Of a DNA stretch of 64,000 nucleotides, positions 1-11,300 are shown one piece after another. The translations under genes and the position numbers were made by a program. Positions within the stretch are counted from its first letter, which is position 1. Every line of letters starts with the position of its first letter. This stretch comes from Takakia lepidozioides. Lineage: Eukaryota > Plantae > Bryophyta. The DNA lies in contig CM060732.1 of the NCBI GenBank assembly GCA_030704615.1, positions 46,500,001-46,564,000 of the forward strand, written 5' to 3'. The notes below the pieces were generated by a model that saw nothing but the letters and a program-made list of their open reading frames with translations, had not been told where the DNA came from and ran no database searches.

Positions 1-1
1 A

Positions 2-613
2 AGTCTGGGAGTGCTAGAAAAGGGCAAAGAGGTCCATGCTGACATCATCAAAGCTGGAATTGCATCAGAGGTTATTTTTGAAACCGCTCTTGTTGAAATG
101 TATTTGAAATGCGGGAGCATGCTGGATGCATGTCATGTGTTCTACAACATGGCTGAAAGAAATGTGGTTTCATGGAGTGTGATGATCACAGGATGTGCAC
201 AGCATGGGCATGGGAGGGAGGCCCTGCAACTTTTTGAACAAATGCAACAGGAAGGCCTTAAACCAAATGGTGTCACCTTTATTTCTCTTCTCTCTGCATG
301 TAGCCATATGGGTCTCGTGGAGGAAGGCCATCACTACTTTGATTCCATGAGTGCAGTACATGGCCTCACACCAACAATGGAGCATTGTGGCTGCATGGTT
401 GACCTTTTAGGGCGTGCAGGACAGTTGGATGAGGCAGAGGACTTCATAAACAAAATGCCACTTGAGCCAGATTCTTCAGTGTGGGGGGCCTTGCTTGGGG
501 CTTGCAGAATTCATGGCAATGTTGATGTAGCAGAACGTGCTGCAAAATGCATCCTCAAGTTGGATCCCCAGCACCCTGCAGCTTCGATGCTGTTATCAAA
601 CAACTGGCTGTAA
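2..613 (+). CDS. PLS-class pentatricopeptide repeat protein, 3' part with E1/E2 motifs; 5'-partial, no DYW domain
   Basis: Frame is open from the window edge. PPR motifs (ALVEMYLKCGSMLDA, NVVSWSVMITG, GLKPNGVTFISLLSACSHMGLVEEG, HCGCMVDLLGRAGQLDEA) and E-domain text (VWGALLGACRIHGN...LLSN). Stops within E2. Confidence 0.9.
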   Translation, partial: SLGVLEKGKEVHADIIKAGIASEVIFETALVEMYLKCGSMLDACHVFYNMAERNVVSWSVMITGCAQHGHGREALQLFEQMQQEGLKPNGVTFISLLSACSHMGLVEEGHHYFDSMSAVHGLTPTMEHCGCMVDLLGRAGQLDEAEDFINKMPLEPDSSVWGALLGACRIHGNVDVAERAAKCILKLDPQHPAASMLLSNNWL

Positions 614-1119
614 TTGGCAGGTGTTAGCGATGGGGAGAAAAATGATGCACACTTATCATTGACCAGTACAGGATAAGTCCCAGGAGTGGGAGGCTTTGGG
701 CGCGTGAGCAGTGCCAGTGGTATCCCAACCTTTGCTGGCGAGCAGACCTGTGTCCAGGTAATGCTCATGACTTTCTAAAATCCTGTCATGTACGAAGCTT
801 GGAGCTCCACAATTCCTCATTGATGAGAGTTTTATAGTGCTCCTTGTGTGACATAAACGGTGTGAATATACCTTTTACTAACCCCATGTATATGCAGAAC
901 TGTGCCCCCTCCTTTTGCTGTAGAGTATGTAATTGTAGATGTTGGAATGGGGCTGCAGAAAGCCTTGGCCAAGGAAAGGGCATAAATATTGCACCACATG
1001 TTGGGGCCTTCATGTGTGGCAATACAAAAATGGTACAGGTATTGTGAAGATCCTTCATTGGGCTCTTAAGCTGTCCCACCATTCTTTTCTTTCCTCTGTT
1101 AGTCTCTCTATCACTTCTT

Positions 1120-1245
1120 TAGGCTACCGCAAACGTCGTCTTATGTCTTATCTCTATCACTTCTTGTTACCTTTTATTCTGCCCAAACTGGGGGCGGGGT
1201 CTATGGCCACAAGGCTACAGCAAACGTCATCTTATGAGTACATTA
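1120..1245 (+). mobile_element. Two short 5'-truncated copies of an RTE-like LINE 3' end
   Basis: 1120-1150 is flanked by a 15-bp direct repeat tctctatcacttctt (1105-1119, 1151-1165). About 1170-1245 matches the ggccacaaggcta...cttatgagtaca terminus of the 57650-58545 element. Confidence 0.7.
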
Positions 1246-2182
1246 TATCTCTGCTTTCCCACTCTAATGAGACTACCAGGTAAATTCAGCTGTATGCAAG
1301 GGAGATGGAAATTCCAGGCAAAGTAAGTGTTCCCAGAGTATACTCAACCATCTGGCAGACAGTTAGAAACAGATCCACCGAAAGATTCTCTACAAAATAT
1401 TATGGCACTGCGTGTCAGATAGACAAATCACTCCAATTGTACAACATGCAAAACTAATATAGGAAGTTACAGCTTCTCATGTTTCTTTTGGGAAGGTTGA
1501 TCCCTAGAGGCTGGAATCCTCCCAACCCTCCAGGGACCCCAAAGAAAGCATACCATAAAATTGCAACATTGAATCTGGCAAGGCACTGCTGCTCTTGCCT
1601 GCTAACTCTGAAAATAGCACAGAGGAAGGGAGAGCGAGAGAACCTAACTCTGATATCTGTGCTCCAGAAAAAATTCTCCTAGTGAAGCACCTTTACATGC
1701 AAGAGGGTGAACCATGCTCACAAACAGTGAGTGCTCCAACATGATTGATAACTGTAGGGTTTAGGATGACACCACAATTGTGTGTTCTTTAAGGTTCAAC
1801 AATGCATGATTGTGACATCATTTTTTGGGGACAGGAAGCACTAGTCGAGACAGCACTGCATTGGTCAGTGCATTGATATGTGCAGTCTGTTGCCAGAATA
1901 ACAGAAAATGACAGAAACAAAGAAAAGGCAGAGTATGCATGTATACCACATACCAAAATCTAACCGTCTCAAACAAGCAAACCATGAGTTCTTGCTGAAG
2001 TGTGTCCAAGTGAGCTGCATGGGTCATTTGACTGCACTGCACTGGTATTTATTCATATCCCCCCAAAAAATTGAATAATTGGCCAAGTCTCTGAAACTTA
2101 TGTTAGAGACCCAGCAATTTAAAGTATCTTCACAGCCCAGAGGCTCTGGAGGAGGTTGTAATTGTTGCTTAGTCCAGAGTGT

Positions 2183-2593
2183 ATCCACATTGAAATTGGT
2201 ACCTGCTGGAGTAAAACTAGTGTAATAAAATAGCAGCTGGACTTTTTAAGTGTCATTCCTAAAAGGAGAGCAGGCAAGAGTGAATCAGATGACATCATCT
2301 CCGTTGGGTTTCAGGGTGACCTCTTTGAAGCTGTCCCTTAACAGTGCCTGTGTCTCCATTGTGTGTTGGCAGTATTACGTGCTGATCCTGAGTCCAATTC
2401 CACATAGAAATTGGCACCTGCTGGAGTGAAACTAGTGTAATAAAATAATAGCAGGACTTCAAGTGTCATTCCCAACAGGAGAGTGAATCAGATGCTGTTG
2501 GGTCTCTGGGTGACCTCGACTTTGAAGCAGTCACTTAACAGTGCCTGTGTGTCCCCATCAGGTGTTGGAAATAGTGCCTGCTGATCCTGGTCA
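2183..2593. repeat. Diverged tandem duplication (about 210-bp unit) of the DeSI C-terminal codons plus proximal 3' UTR
   Basis: About 2183-2395 and 2398-2593 share gaaattgg.acctgctggagt.aaactagtgtaataaaata, gagtgaatcagatg, cttaacagtgcctgtgt and gctgatcctg in the same order. Confidence 0.85.
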
Positions 2594-3153
2594 CTCTCAC
2601 TCCCAACCTCTTTCCCTTCCTCAAAGTCATGCCCATTCTCCCCTGAATTCTGAAACTCGGTGGCCTGTTCTACTTCAGGCACCTGTAGATCTTCAGGCAA
2701 CAAGCAGTTACAAAACCAGCCTATCCTTGCTAGACGATTCACCCAGCCTGGGATGGAGTTCCCAGTGAGCCGACAGCAAACATCATCTGAAAAGTGGTTG
2801 CAATTCTTGGTAATCAAATGGTATGTATCACCGAAGTAGTCATCAGCACACTGCTCTATAAAGCCTCGAAACTCTGAGGGGTTCAGGTCAGTTGTCCCCA
2901 ACATTACTGTGCTCCGATATGTAAAACCAGGGCAATGGCGAGGCTCAACGTCAAAAACACCGCTTGTGGGATACTCGTGGGCGCCAAAAGCATATTCCAC
3001 ACCATGAGCTTCAATTGCAGAATGGTAAATCCCAAGGCCCGCCCAATACAGATAGCCATTCATGGGAGTAAGGTCATATACATTAAGATATACAGGAACT
3101 CCACTCGAAGTGTTGTAGGCTGGAAGGCTTGAACTGTCCCTCATCTCCCCCAT
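2488..3153 (-). CDS. DeSI-like PPPDE-family desumoylating/deubiquitinating isopeptidase, single coding exon
   Basis: VYLNVYDLTPMNGYLYWAGLGIYHSAIEAHGVEYAFG...TYHLITKNCNHFSDD...IPGWVNRLARIG, with catalytic His and NCN Cys. First in-frame ATG is at 3153; the track start at 3186 is TTG. Confidence 0.93.
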   Translation of the reverse strand: MGEMRDSSSLPAYNTSSGVPVYLNVYDLTPMNGYLYWAGLGIYHSAIEAHGVEYAFGAHEYPTSGVFDVEPRHCPGFTYRSTVMLGTTDLNPSEFRGFIEQCADDYFGDTYHLITKNCNHFSDDVCCRLTGNSIPGWVNRLARIGWFCNCLLPEDLQVPEVEQATEFQNSGENGHDFEEGKEVGSESDQDQQALFPTPDGDTQALLSDCFKVEVTQRPNSI

Positions 3154-5328
3154 CTTGACAGGCCTTTGTCTTGAAGTTCTATCCAAACGATCACTGTCTC
3201 CCTACCTAGCACTGTGATACCAATGTTACTGGCAAAACTTTTGTAGCAATCACCTCCACAACTAAAGAACATTTGAGCAATGTAACCACCCAACCTAGAA
3301 ATCTCTTGTGCCACAGTTTGCAGAGGTGTGCCCTAAACTCAGGTGATGAGTACAGCATGCTCTCTCTAGCTTCTGGAGCTTGCTCCATGTACACAGTGTG
3401 TTGAGATTTAGCACCAGATCCCTCTAAGTACTCCCAGAACCTTCTTGCTACTAAATGGAGGTCTCACATTTTGTTTTAAGAAACCAGGCCACTGATTCCT
3501 GCCATTCTAAGCTTGCTACCTATATGTCTTCGCTATTCTACCACCAAAAGAAAGTGCTCGTGCTGTAGTCGAACTTCTGCTGAATTTTCCAATTTGCCCA
3601 CAACGATTGGATTGGAGCTGTAAAAGGCTAATTGACATACTTGTACCTGGGCAATCTCATCCTAAGACTTTGTCGCTCCTCTTCTGTGTGGTCATCAAAT
3701 CTGTAGGACGCAACTGACACTTAGATCACATAGCCGAACACTTCCACGTTTTGATCTGCAATTCCTCCTTAAGAGAAGTTTCCAGCATCCCTGCAGGCCG
3801 TCTGATTGTCCAACTCTGGAAAGCCAACACTCTATATAGAGCTCAACGATAAAAAACCTGCGTCCCCGTCAACAACAAAGTTACTGTATGTAATGTACCA
3901 ACTCTGAGTGCTCTGATCAAGTGAATGCAGACTTCCGACAGACGACGATCTTGTGCTTGTACAGGGCAGCGAGGGAATGGGAGGAAGAGAGATAGATCCT
4001 GACATCTAGCTTTACGAACACAACATCAAAATCAGATCAGAAAGCTTAACTAGAGAGTCCAACTGACTTCCCTTTCCCAGAAAATAAAATAAAGGCCTAC
4101 TCCATACAACCATGGGTAACATGGATTTATTGCAAGCTCACAGCGCCACCCTGCGTTCTAGCAAGGAGTTGCGATCAACTTGAACACTACCACACTTGCC
4201 ATTTATTCCAGGTAGAGAGAGCCCGAGGAACCAGCGATGGTCTTAGTTAGCTGCGCTTAACCTCTATCTGCAATGCGTCCTAAAGAACGGGAAACTGACA
4301 TAATCTTCGAAGGTTTGACCAGGATCTCCCAGCAGAAAAGGGACCAAGTTAAGGTACCTATAAAGTTGCGTTCGCCCATCTGGATTGCTTGCTACGGATA
4401 CAAAATCCGATATGGAGCCTCTGATGGCTCGACTGTTCGAGGACGGAGAGGAGGGCTGGAGCTTAGGACTTCGAAACTTACTCCTCCTCACTGCAATTCC
4501 TCGGCCTGAGGTTAAACGTCACTGAATTGCTTGATCTAAGCTACTTGAGACACAGACAATGAGAATGGTCGAGGCAGATGGAACAGAAGAGACCCACGAA
4601 GGTTTGGCTGCTCCCACTGTGTAGAGCCCGGTCTCGCTATGCGCACCTGCACCCAAAAGCTGAATTGCAGTCCTCCAGAGTTTCTAGTTTCTACCTTCTG
4701 CTCAAGGACACCTCTTCAAGGACAATGCGCACGAACGGATGAATCAGACCTGAACCCAACTGGATCGAAAAGCATGCGACTGACCTTGAGGCAACGTAGT
4801 TATAGCATGTGATCTCTGCTGTTTCCTGCGTATGATTGTCCTTGATTTGGGCCTACGTTGGCAGTCTCAATCGTCACCAACGGCATCCTAGTCTTTGTCT
4901 AGCCATCAGAACGTTCCGTTGGGAGTATCTACCCTAATACCGTAACTCTTTATGATTGTAGGGCAACTTTTCCCGCCAGGTCCGGAGGAAGCCATACAAA
5001 CATGATTCGATGTTTGGGATAGCTCAAACTTCGCGTTCAATCTGAGGCCTTTACAGCCGGTATTTGGGTTGTGTTGTAGGGTGGGGATTTCTGATGGTGA
5101 TTTAGGCTGACAAATTCGAGACGGGGTCAACGATGAGAGTATCGTGCAGTAAGAGAGTGGTGTGCTGCCCATCTCAGGGATGAATTTGGAGCTGCTACAT
5201 CTCCTGGTTCAAACTACGGGAATTTTCTGTTGGTGTACGTCTGCAGAAGATGGTCCACGCTGAAAACCTTGCCGATTAGTGGGCTGTGTCTGTAGTGGTG
5301 ATTGATCGGGCCTCGCACAGCCTTCCTC

Positions 5329-8300
5329 ATGCCCCCTCGCTGCCTTTCAAAGTGGCAGCGTTTGCCTGGTACGACCTTCTGTCCTTTGATTTGGTTCTTC
5401 ATGCCTTGCAGCTTTGCAATTCTATTTGTCTCTCAGTACTACAGGTTTTGTTGTTAGCTGTGCATATTGTGCCACTTGGAAGCCGGCATGATCATAAGAT
5501 GGGGGGGGCCGCTGTGTGTGCTGAAAGTTCACTCCGGGTTGATCTCGGTTGCAAACATTCGGATGAGACAGACTTGCAGTGCGAAAATTAAAAAAAAATC
5601 ACCTTCTGTCGGTGCCAGGCCTGTCGCTGTGAAATACCTTGACCAGTAATGCCGTGAACCTTTGTGGAACGAACAGCAGCGAGAAGCTCTTTCAATTTGC
5701 CAGAAGAACTCCTTTCAATTTGCACGATGACCTCAGTGAATCTCACCAAGCTACAGAAATGTTACACGATGTACTAATCGAAGTATTTGATGCAACGCAG
5801 GGCACCGAAACTTGAAGGGGCGAGCAGGGCACACCGCAACTCTAGTTGGAAACAGAATCTTTGTCCTCGGCGGTCGGAATGGGAATGAGTTCTTTAATGA
5901 CGTGTGGGTATTTGACACAGACATTGAGCAATGGCAACAGCTGCAGCGGCATGCCCCCATGAACCCACGTGCCTATCATACCGTTACCCTTGTTCGAGAT
6001 AGAGAGCTATGGGTCATTGGAGGAAGCGACCAACACACCATGTATGGTGATGTTCATATGCTGAATACGGAGTCTCTGGAGGTGAATATCACTTATTCTA
6101 GGGTCTATGTAGTATCACCTGGAGTGCATGAACATCCAATATTCTGGCTAGTGTGGGATTCTCTGTGTTCATGACTGTATATCCCACTGTTATGTGTCAT
6201 TATCTTGGAAAAGTGTCACCTACTGCAAAACAGAGAAGATAGTGTAAATCCTGTGTGTCAGTGTCACTAATTACAAGAAGCTGGCACAGTGGGCTAGTCC
6301 TGTAGCCAGGGGCCCACTTGCAGGCAAGCTTCGAGGCACACATGCGGCAGTTGTCCATCCATTGCAACCCAATGCGATCTTGGTGTATGGAGGCTATGGG
6401 GGCATCGATTCACAGTGGCTCAATGACCTTGCCATCCTCCATACAGGTGGGCTTTCTCAAAATGATTCAAAACTCTCGTGTTCACCTGATTATTTGCAGA
6501 CAGGTACAAACATCAAACCATACAATCTTGCAATCCTCTGAGGAGACGAAATCAAAAGACAATTATGATGTCTAGCTTAGAAAGTAAGTCAAATTCAGTC
6601 AGATCCGATCCAAATTGCTTCTCTTTTGTGAAATTGTATCACTCAGCTTGGACTAAGTCAGGTTCTTGTGTTGGCTATTATTTCCACTGTACTTGTGCAC
6701 ATACTTTAGTAAACTTCTGGGAAAGTCATAATGCTTGAGGTGAGATCTCATGGAGTCAAACCCTCAGATACACTGGAGTGGGAGCAACTGCATACGAAAG
6801 GATATGCGCCATGTGCAAGGGGCTACCACACATTGTCCACATTTGGAACTTGCATGGTTCTCTTTGGGGGCAAGAGTGAGGCTGGAATTGTTCCCTCTGA
6901 CAGCAATCTCAGGTGCTTGAAATGTCTGGATCTGTGTGTCTGATATTCTGTGGCATGTGGAGGAGGTCACTTCTTAACATGTTGCTGTACCCAAAGGTGT
7001 TGGCAGATAATGATCTGCCATCATCATACTGATGCAAGCTTCAAGCAGAAAGACAGCACAGAGAAATTGCTGTGAACCTTGATTGGCTACATTTTTGGAA
7101 CTAAAAGATTGGAAGAGCATGTGGCTTCAATTGCCTTAGAATGTACGAGGAAAAAGTTCTCTCATAGGCTGGCCTCAGTGGAGTGTTTTTTTATTTGGGA
7201 CTGACAAAAGGGTGAGGCTTTGCAGTGTGTATGACGTGGCAGCCAACACATGGAGCAGGCCCCAAGTGTGGGGAGATGCTCCAATTCCACGATCGAATCA
7301 TGGGGCTGTATTGCTGGGAGACAATCTCATTGTCATTTATGGTGGACGTAATGGAACACAGCGATTGAGTGATATGTCCTTTCTTCAGGTCTGCATTGCT
7401 ATGAGTTCTACACATTCATCACAGTATTTGGGGATGTTTGAGGATTCTGTGAAGTTTAGAATGTACTCATAAGACGTTGTTTGCCATAGCCTTGTGGCCA
7501 TTGACCCCTCGTCCAGTTTGAGCGGAACACAAAGGGACAGAAACTACCTTTGTCAGGGGCTGACGCCGGTACCTTGAAACAGACAATTGATCCGAGGTTT
7601 CCAGATATCCTCTAGAATTCCCTTCACACAAACATCAATCTGCTGTGTGTGATTTGCCCAATAACTAGACCCCAAAAGGGCCTGGGCTTTTGGCTCAGCC
7701 TCGAGATTTCCAAAGTTGGTAAACAGAGATAGAGGGACAATTGTCTTCAGGTTGCCCACACAACGGGCATTTGCAATCTGAAGTTTAGAGTGTGATTGTC
7801 ATCAAATCTGTGTGACTGCCTTCTCGGCAGCCTGTGCACAAATGCTTTGGGACTAATCTTGTGTTCTGTATACCTTTTTGATGCTGGTTGCTACAGATTA
7901 GGGCTCCCACACTAGGTGGTGCTGCAAATATTGTATTTGTTTGGCATTCCATCCCTCCTGTAAAGGTTCGCAGCCGAAAGGGTGGAGAGAAACCAGTGGT
8001 GACAACTATGGCTGACAGTCCAGGGGGAAGGTCAGCACACAGCTTAGTTGCTACGGAGCGTGGGCTCTACCTCTTCGGGGGTTATGGTGGTCATGGTTTG
8101 TTTCTGAGCTTCTGGACTTTGCTTGAAACCTCTCTTTCCTGTGTTGGATGAGAGCCAGAGTCTTCACTGTAGGATACTATGACCAGTCGTCACCATATAA
8201 GAGAGAAGATTCAAAACAGTCCATGAACGTATCGAAAGTGCTTATAGTGATGGTGTGTTACTATTGGATGCAGGTCTCACCTTTGCTGACATGTATGTTA

Positions 8301-11300
8301 TGCGCAACTTCCCCGAGCTTCCAGGTCTGTCAACCTTCTAATCTCCTTATTAGATTTGGTCAATGATGTGCTTATTTTGGTGCCAAAATAATGTACCTCT
8401 ATGTGTCTATGGTACTGGAACCATAGTTTACATTCGTTGTTTCTAAGTGCATGTGGCATTTGTTTTTACATCCAGCATGGCTTCAGGTGTATTTGCTTAT
8501 GTCGCCATGCAAAATTTTCCGTGCATGAGTTTGTTGTTGGTTTGGGAAGGTCAAGAGGAAACCACGCTGCTACTGCCTCCGAGAAGTAGTATTGCCATGG
8601 CAGGCTCTCGAAGACGTTCTGTAGCTGCGGAAGAGCCCAGGAAAGAACAGGTGGAAGGATGGCGCAGTACTAAGCGACCCCGATGTTCCACCACTGGCAC
8701 CCTGGATGATGCGTTGGAGTTGGATGGTGAGCTGGTATTCTCCTTGTCAGAAGGGAATTAAGGGGATAAGCTCTTTCTCCATATGATAACAGTGAAGTGT
8801 AGTGTGCAAGGGAATGGGGGCCAGGCCAATTGACAGTGACACAATATTGTCAGGCTCTTCAGAGGCAAGAAATTGAGTATATGTATCAATAACAAGAATT
8901 AAGAGAATTCGACCTGAGGTACAATTCTAAGAGGTCTTATCTGTTCAAATGCAGGTAGTGTCTTGCCAGAGCCTCCTCTAGTGGATCTTGTATCTACAGA
9001 GCAACCTGACAGACAACGGGCGCATGCCAAGAGGGTAGTCACCGACACACTTCCACAGGGTAACAAAGACTTAGTTAATGGGGTCCACAAAGAAGTGGGT
9101 GAGCTGCTCGCACGAAGGGATCCCACCAGTCTCGAATACCATGCAGATGCAATGGCTGCCCGTGAACTGGAGCTGTATCGGAAGGAGGTAGGAAGCTTGC
9201 AACGACTAGTGGAATCTTTGAAGAGCAATATGAGAGAAAAGGTTAGGCTTCAATCTTTGTGGACAAACTTCGCTCATAATTTTCATCACAGCAATGGTGC
9301 AAACTCTTTCTCAGAGAGTCATTGTCAGCCATCCTCCCTCCCACTCTTCAGACCTCCTGTGGACACAAGCTTTTTTCCTTCAGTGTCACTCTCTCTTTCC
9401 TTGAATGTGGGAGTCCTTGAATAAGATGACTCTTGGATCACCTAATCCCTTTTTTGTGTTCAGAAATTGCCTTCTGAGATGCAGTTTTAGGAACACTTAC
9501 TTTACTGCTACAGAATGACTGCAAGTAAGGTACTTCTTAAGGCTCTATGAGCACATTGAAGTGCATAGATTGCTGCCTGAATACTATCTGGGACTTCTAC
9601 GATGGGATATACTGCTTGATTACATTGCAAGGGATGCTATGGGTATGCACAAAGAGACGGGAGGTAAGCAGAGATTTCAGCCTATTGTCCAGAGGGAGGG
9701 GATGGTGGTCACCCAACTGTAAGCACCTATTTTTAAAAAGTGTGCTCATATGTCAAGGAATAGGTAGATTAGCATAGCACGTCATGTGGTGTGGCAACCC
9801 TATCCTAGGAACTTGGAAGCGTACATTAAGCTACACCACAAAGGAAAGCCACATTGGTTAGTGATCACTCATTCCCAATACTCCAGAGGGGGGGTGCTGG
9901 TCTTCCAAGAGTAAGCACCCATTTCCAAAAGGCAGGTGATACAAAAACCATATGAGCTACTGTCATAGCAAAGTCAAGCATAAGAAGGTTTAGAGAGCCC
10001 TCCTCCACAAGTGAGGATTCTGCGCCAAGGGAACCACATTTGTTCAGGAAAGAAGGAAAATCGCAGAGGGATGACTAACCTGTTGGTTTGTTGGGTGGCT
10101 GTGATGGATCCAGGTGAGGCCAATACACTTTCTTTTATTGCTGGAATTGCTTCTAAGGGCAAGAGAGTAAGGGAGGTAAAGCTTTTGCCTCTTTGAGGCG
10201 TTGGATGACTAAGTCTTATGTGTTGTTTTAGCACATTGTCAAATGCTTTGATTGATAGTGGAAAAATCCAAGAGCACATGGTGACACAGAAGGCGAGCTA
10301 CCTTTGTATTGACACAATTCTGTGCATTTGCTTCCGCTGCTTTGGCTTCCAATGATATGAGAGTGAGGAAACTTTTTTCTGTGACCTGCCTGTCTAGTGT
10401 GCATCGCAGTGCCACTTAGAACGCCCTACATCTGGCTTTTCATGAGGATATGGGAAAAGACGTCTGGAGACAGATTTGGGTCGAGGGAGTTTGATGGTGC
10501 CTAAACCAGGCTGTATGATGTCATGAAACAGACGGGACACAACACGTTGTGTTTGTGTTTCCTTGTCTAGGGTGGACATGCTATGTATCTCTCTCTCTCT
10601 CTCCCTCTCTCTATTTTTGATAAACTGATTTAACTCGGGGCGGGAAGCCTACCTTTGAACAATTAACAGATGCAGAGAGGAAGAGGAGATTGTAATTGCC
10701 CAATGTGCGGGCAGCCTGAAGACAATATCCATTTTCTGATACATTGTCCAGGATGTGTCACATCTTGATTCTCTTCAATCCATCTTCTTTACTTTATTCT
10801 TCCTGTCCTTTTTTTCCTGAAACAAGCTAAGAGGAGGCTAGTTTCTGGTCATGAGTTCCAAGAAAGAAAGATCTTTTGCGAAAACGTTATCAGTCCTCTG
10901 TCCACTCTGGTGTGCAAGGCTCATCTGTGACATGGACCCATTCTAGCTTCTGGAATGGTGACCAGAAGTTGAGCTGTCCAAACTACAGTGTTGCGTATGT
11001 GACAGTTCTTGCTGGAGTTGTTGATGTTTAGGCCAATGCTCTCTTGTGTCGTCATGTGATACAGAGTCTGGTTGAGGCTGAGTTGCGGGCAGGCAAAAGG
11101 CTTGTTGAGCAAGAGGTTGACATACTACAAAGACAGGTGTACTTTCTCAGATCACAGTACAATTCTTTCCATTTCTGCTAGTGTTTTCTTCCATCTGGAT
11201 CAGTAGGCTCTCCTCCCAAACTACATAACAGGGGCAAACTTTTAGTTTCAACTGGCTCCATGGCACACAATGTTTGGATTGAATGTGCAAGGATTAGACG

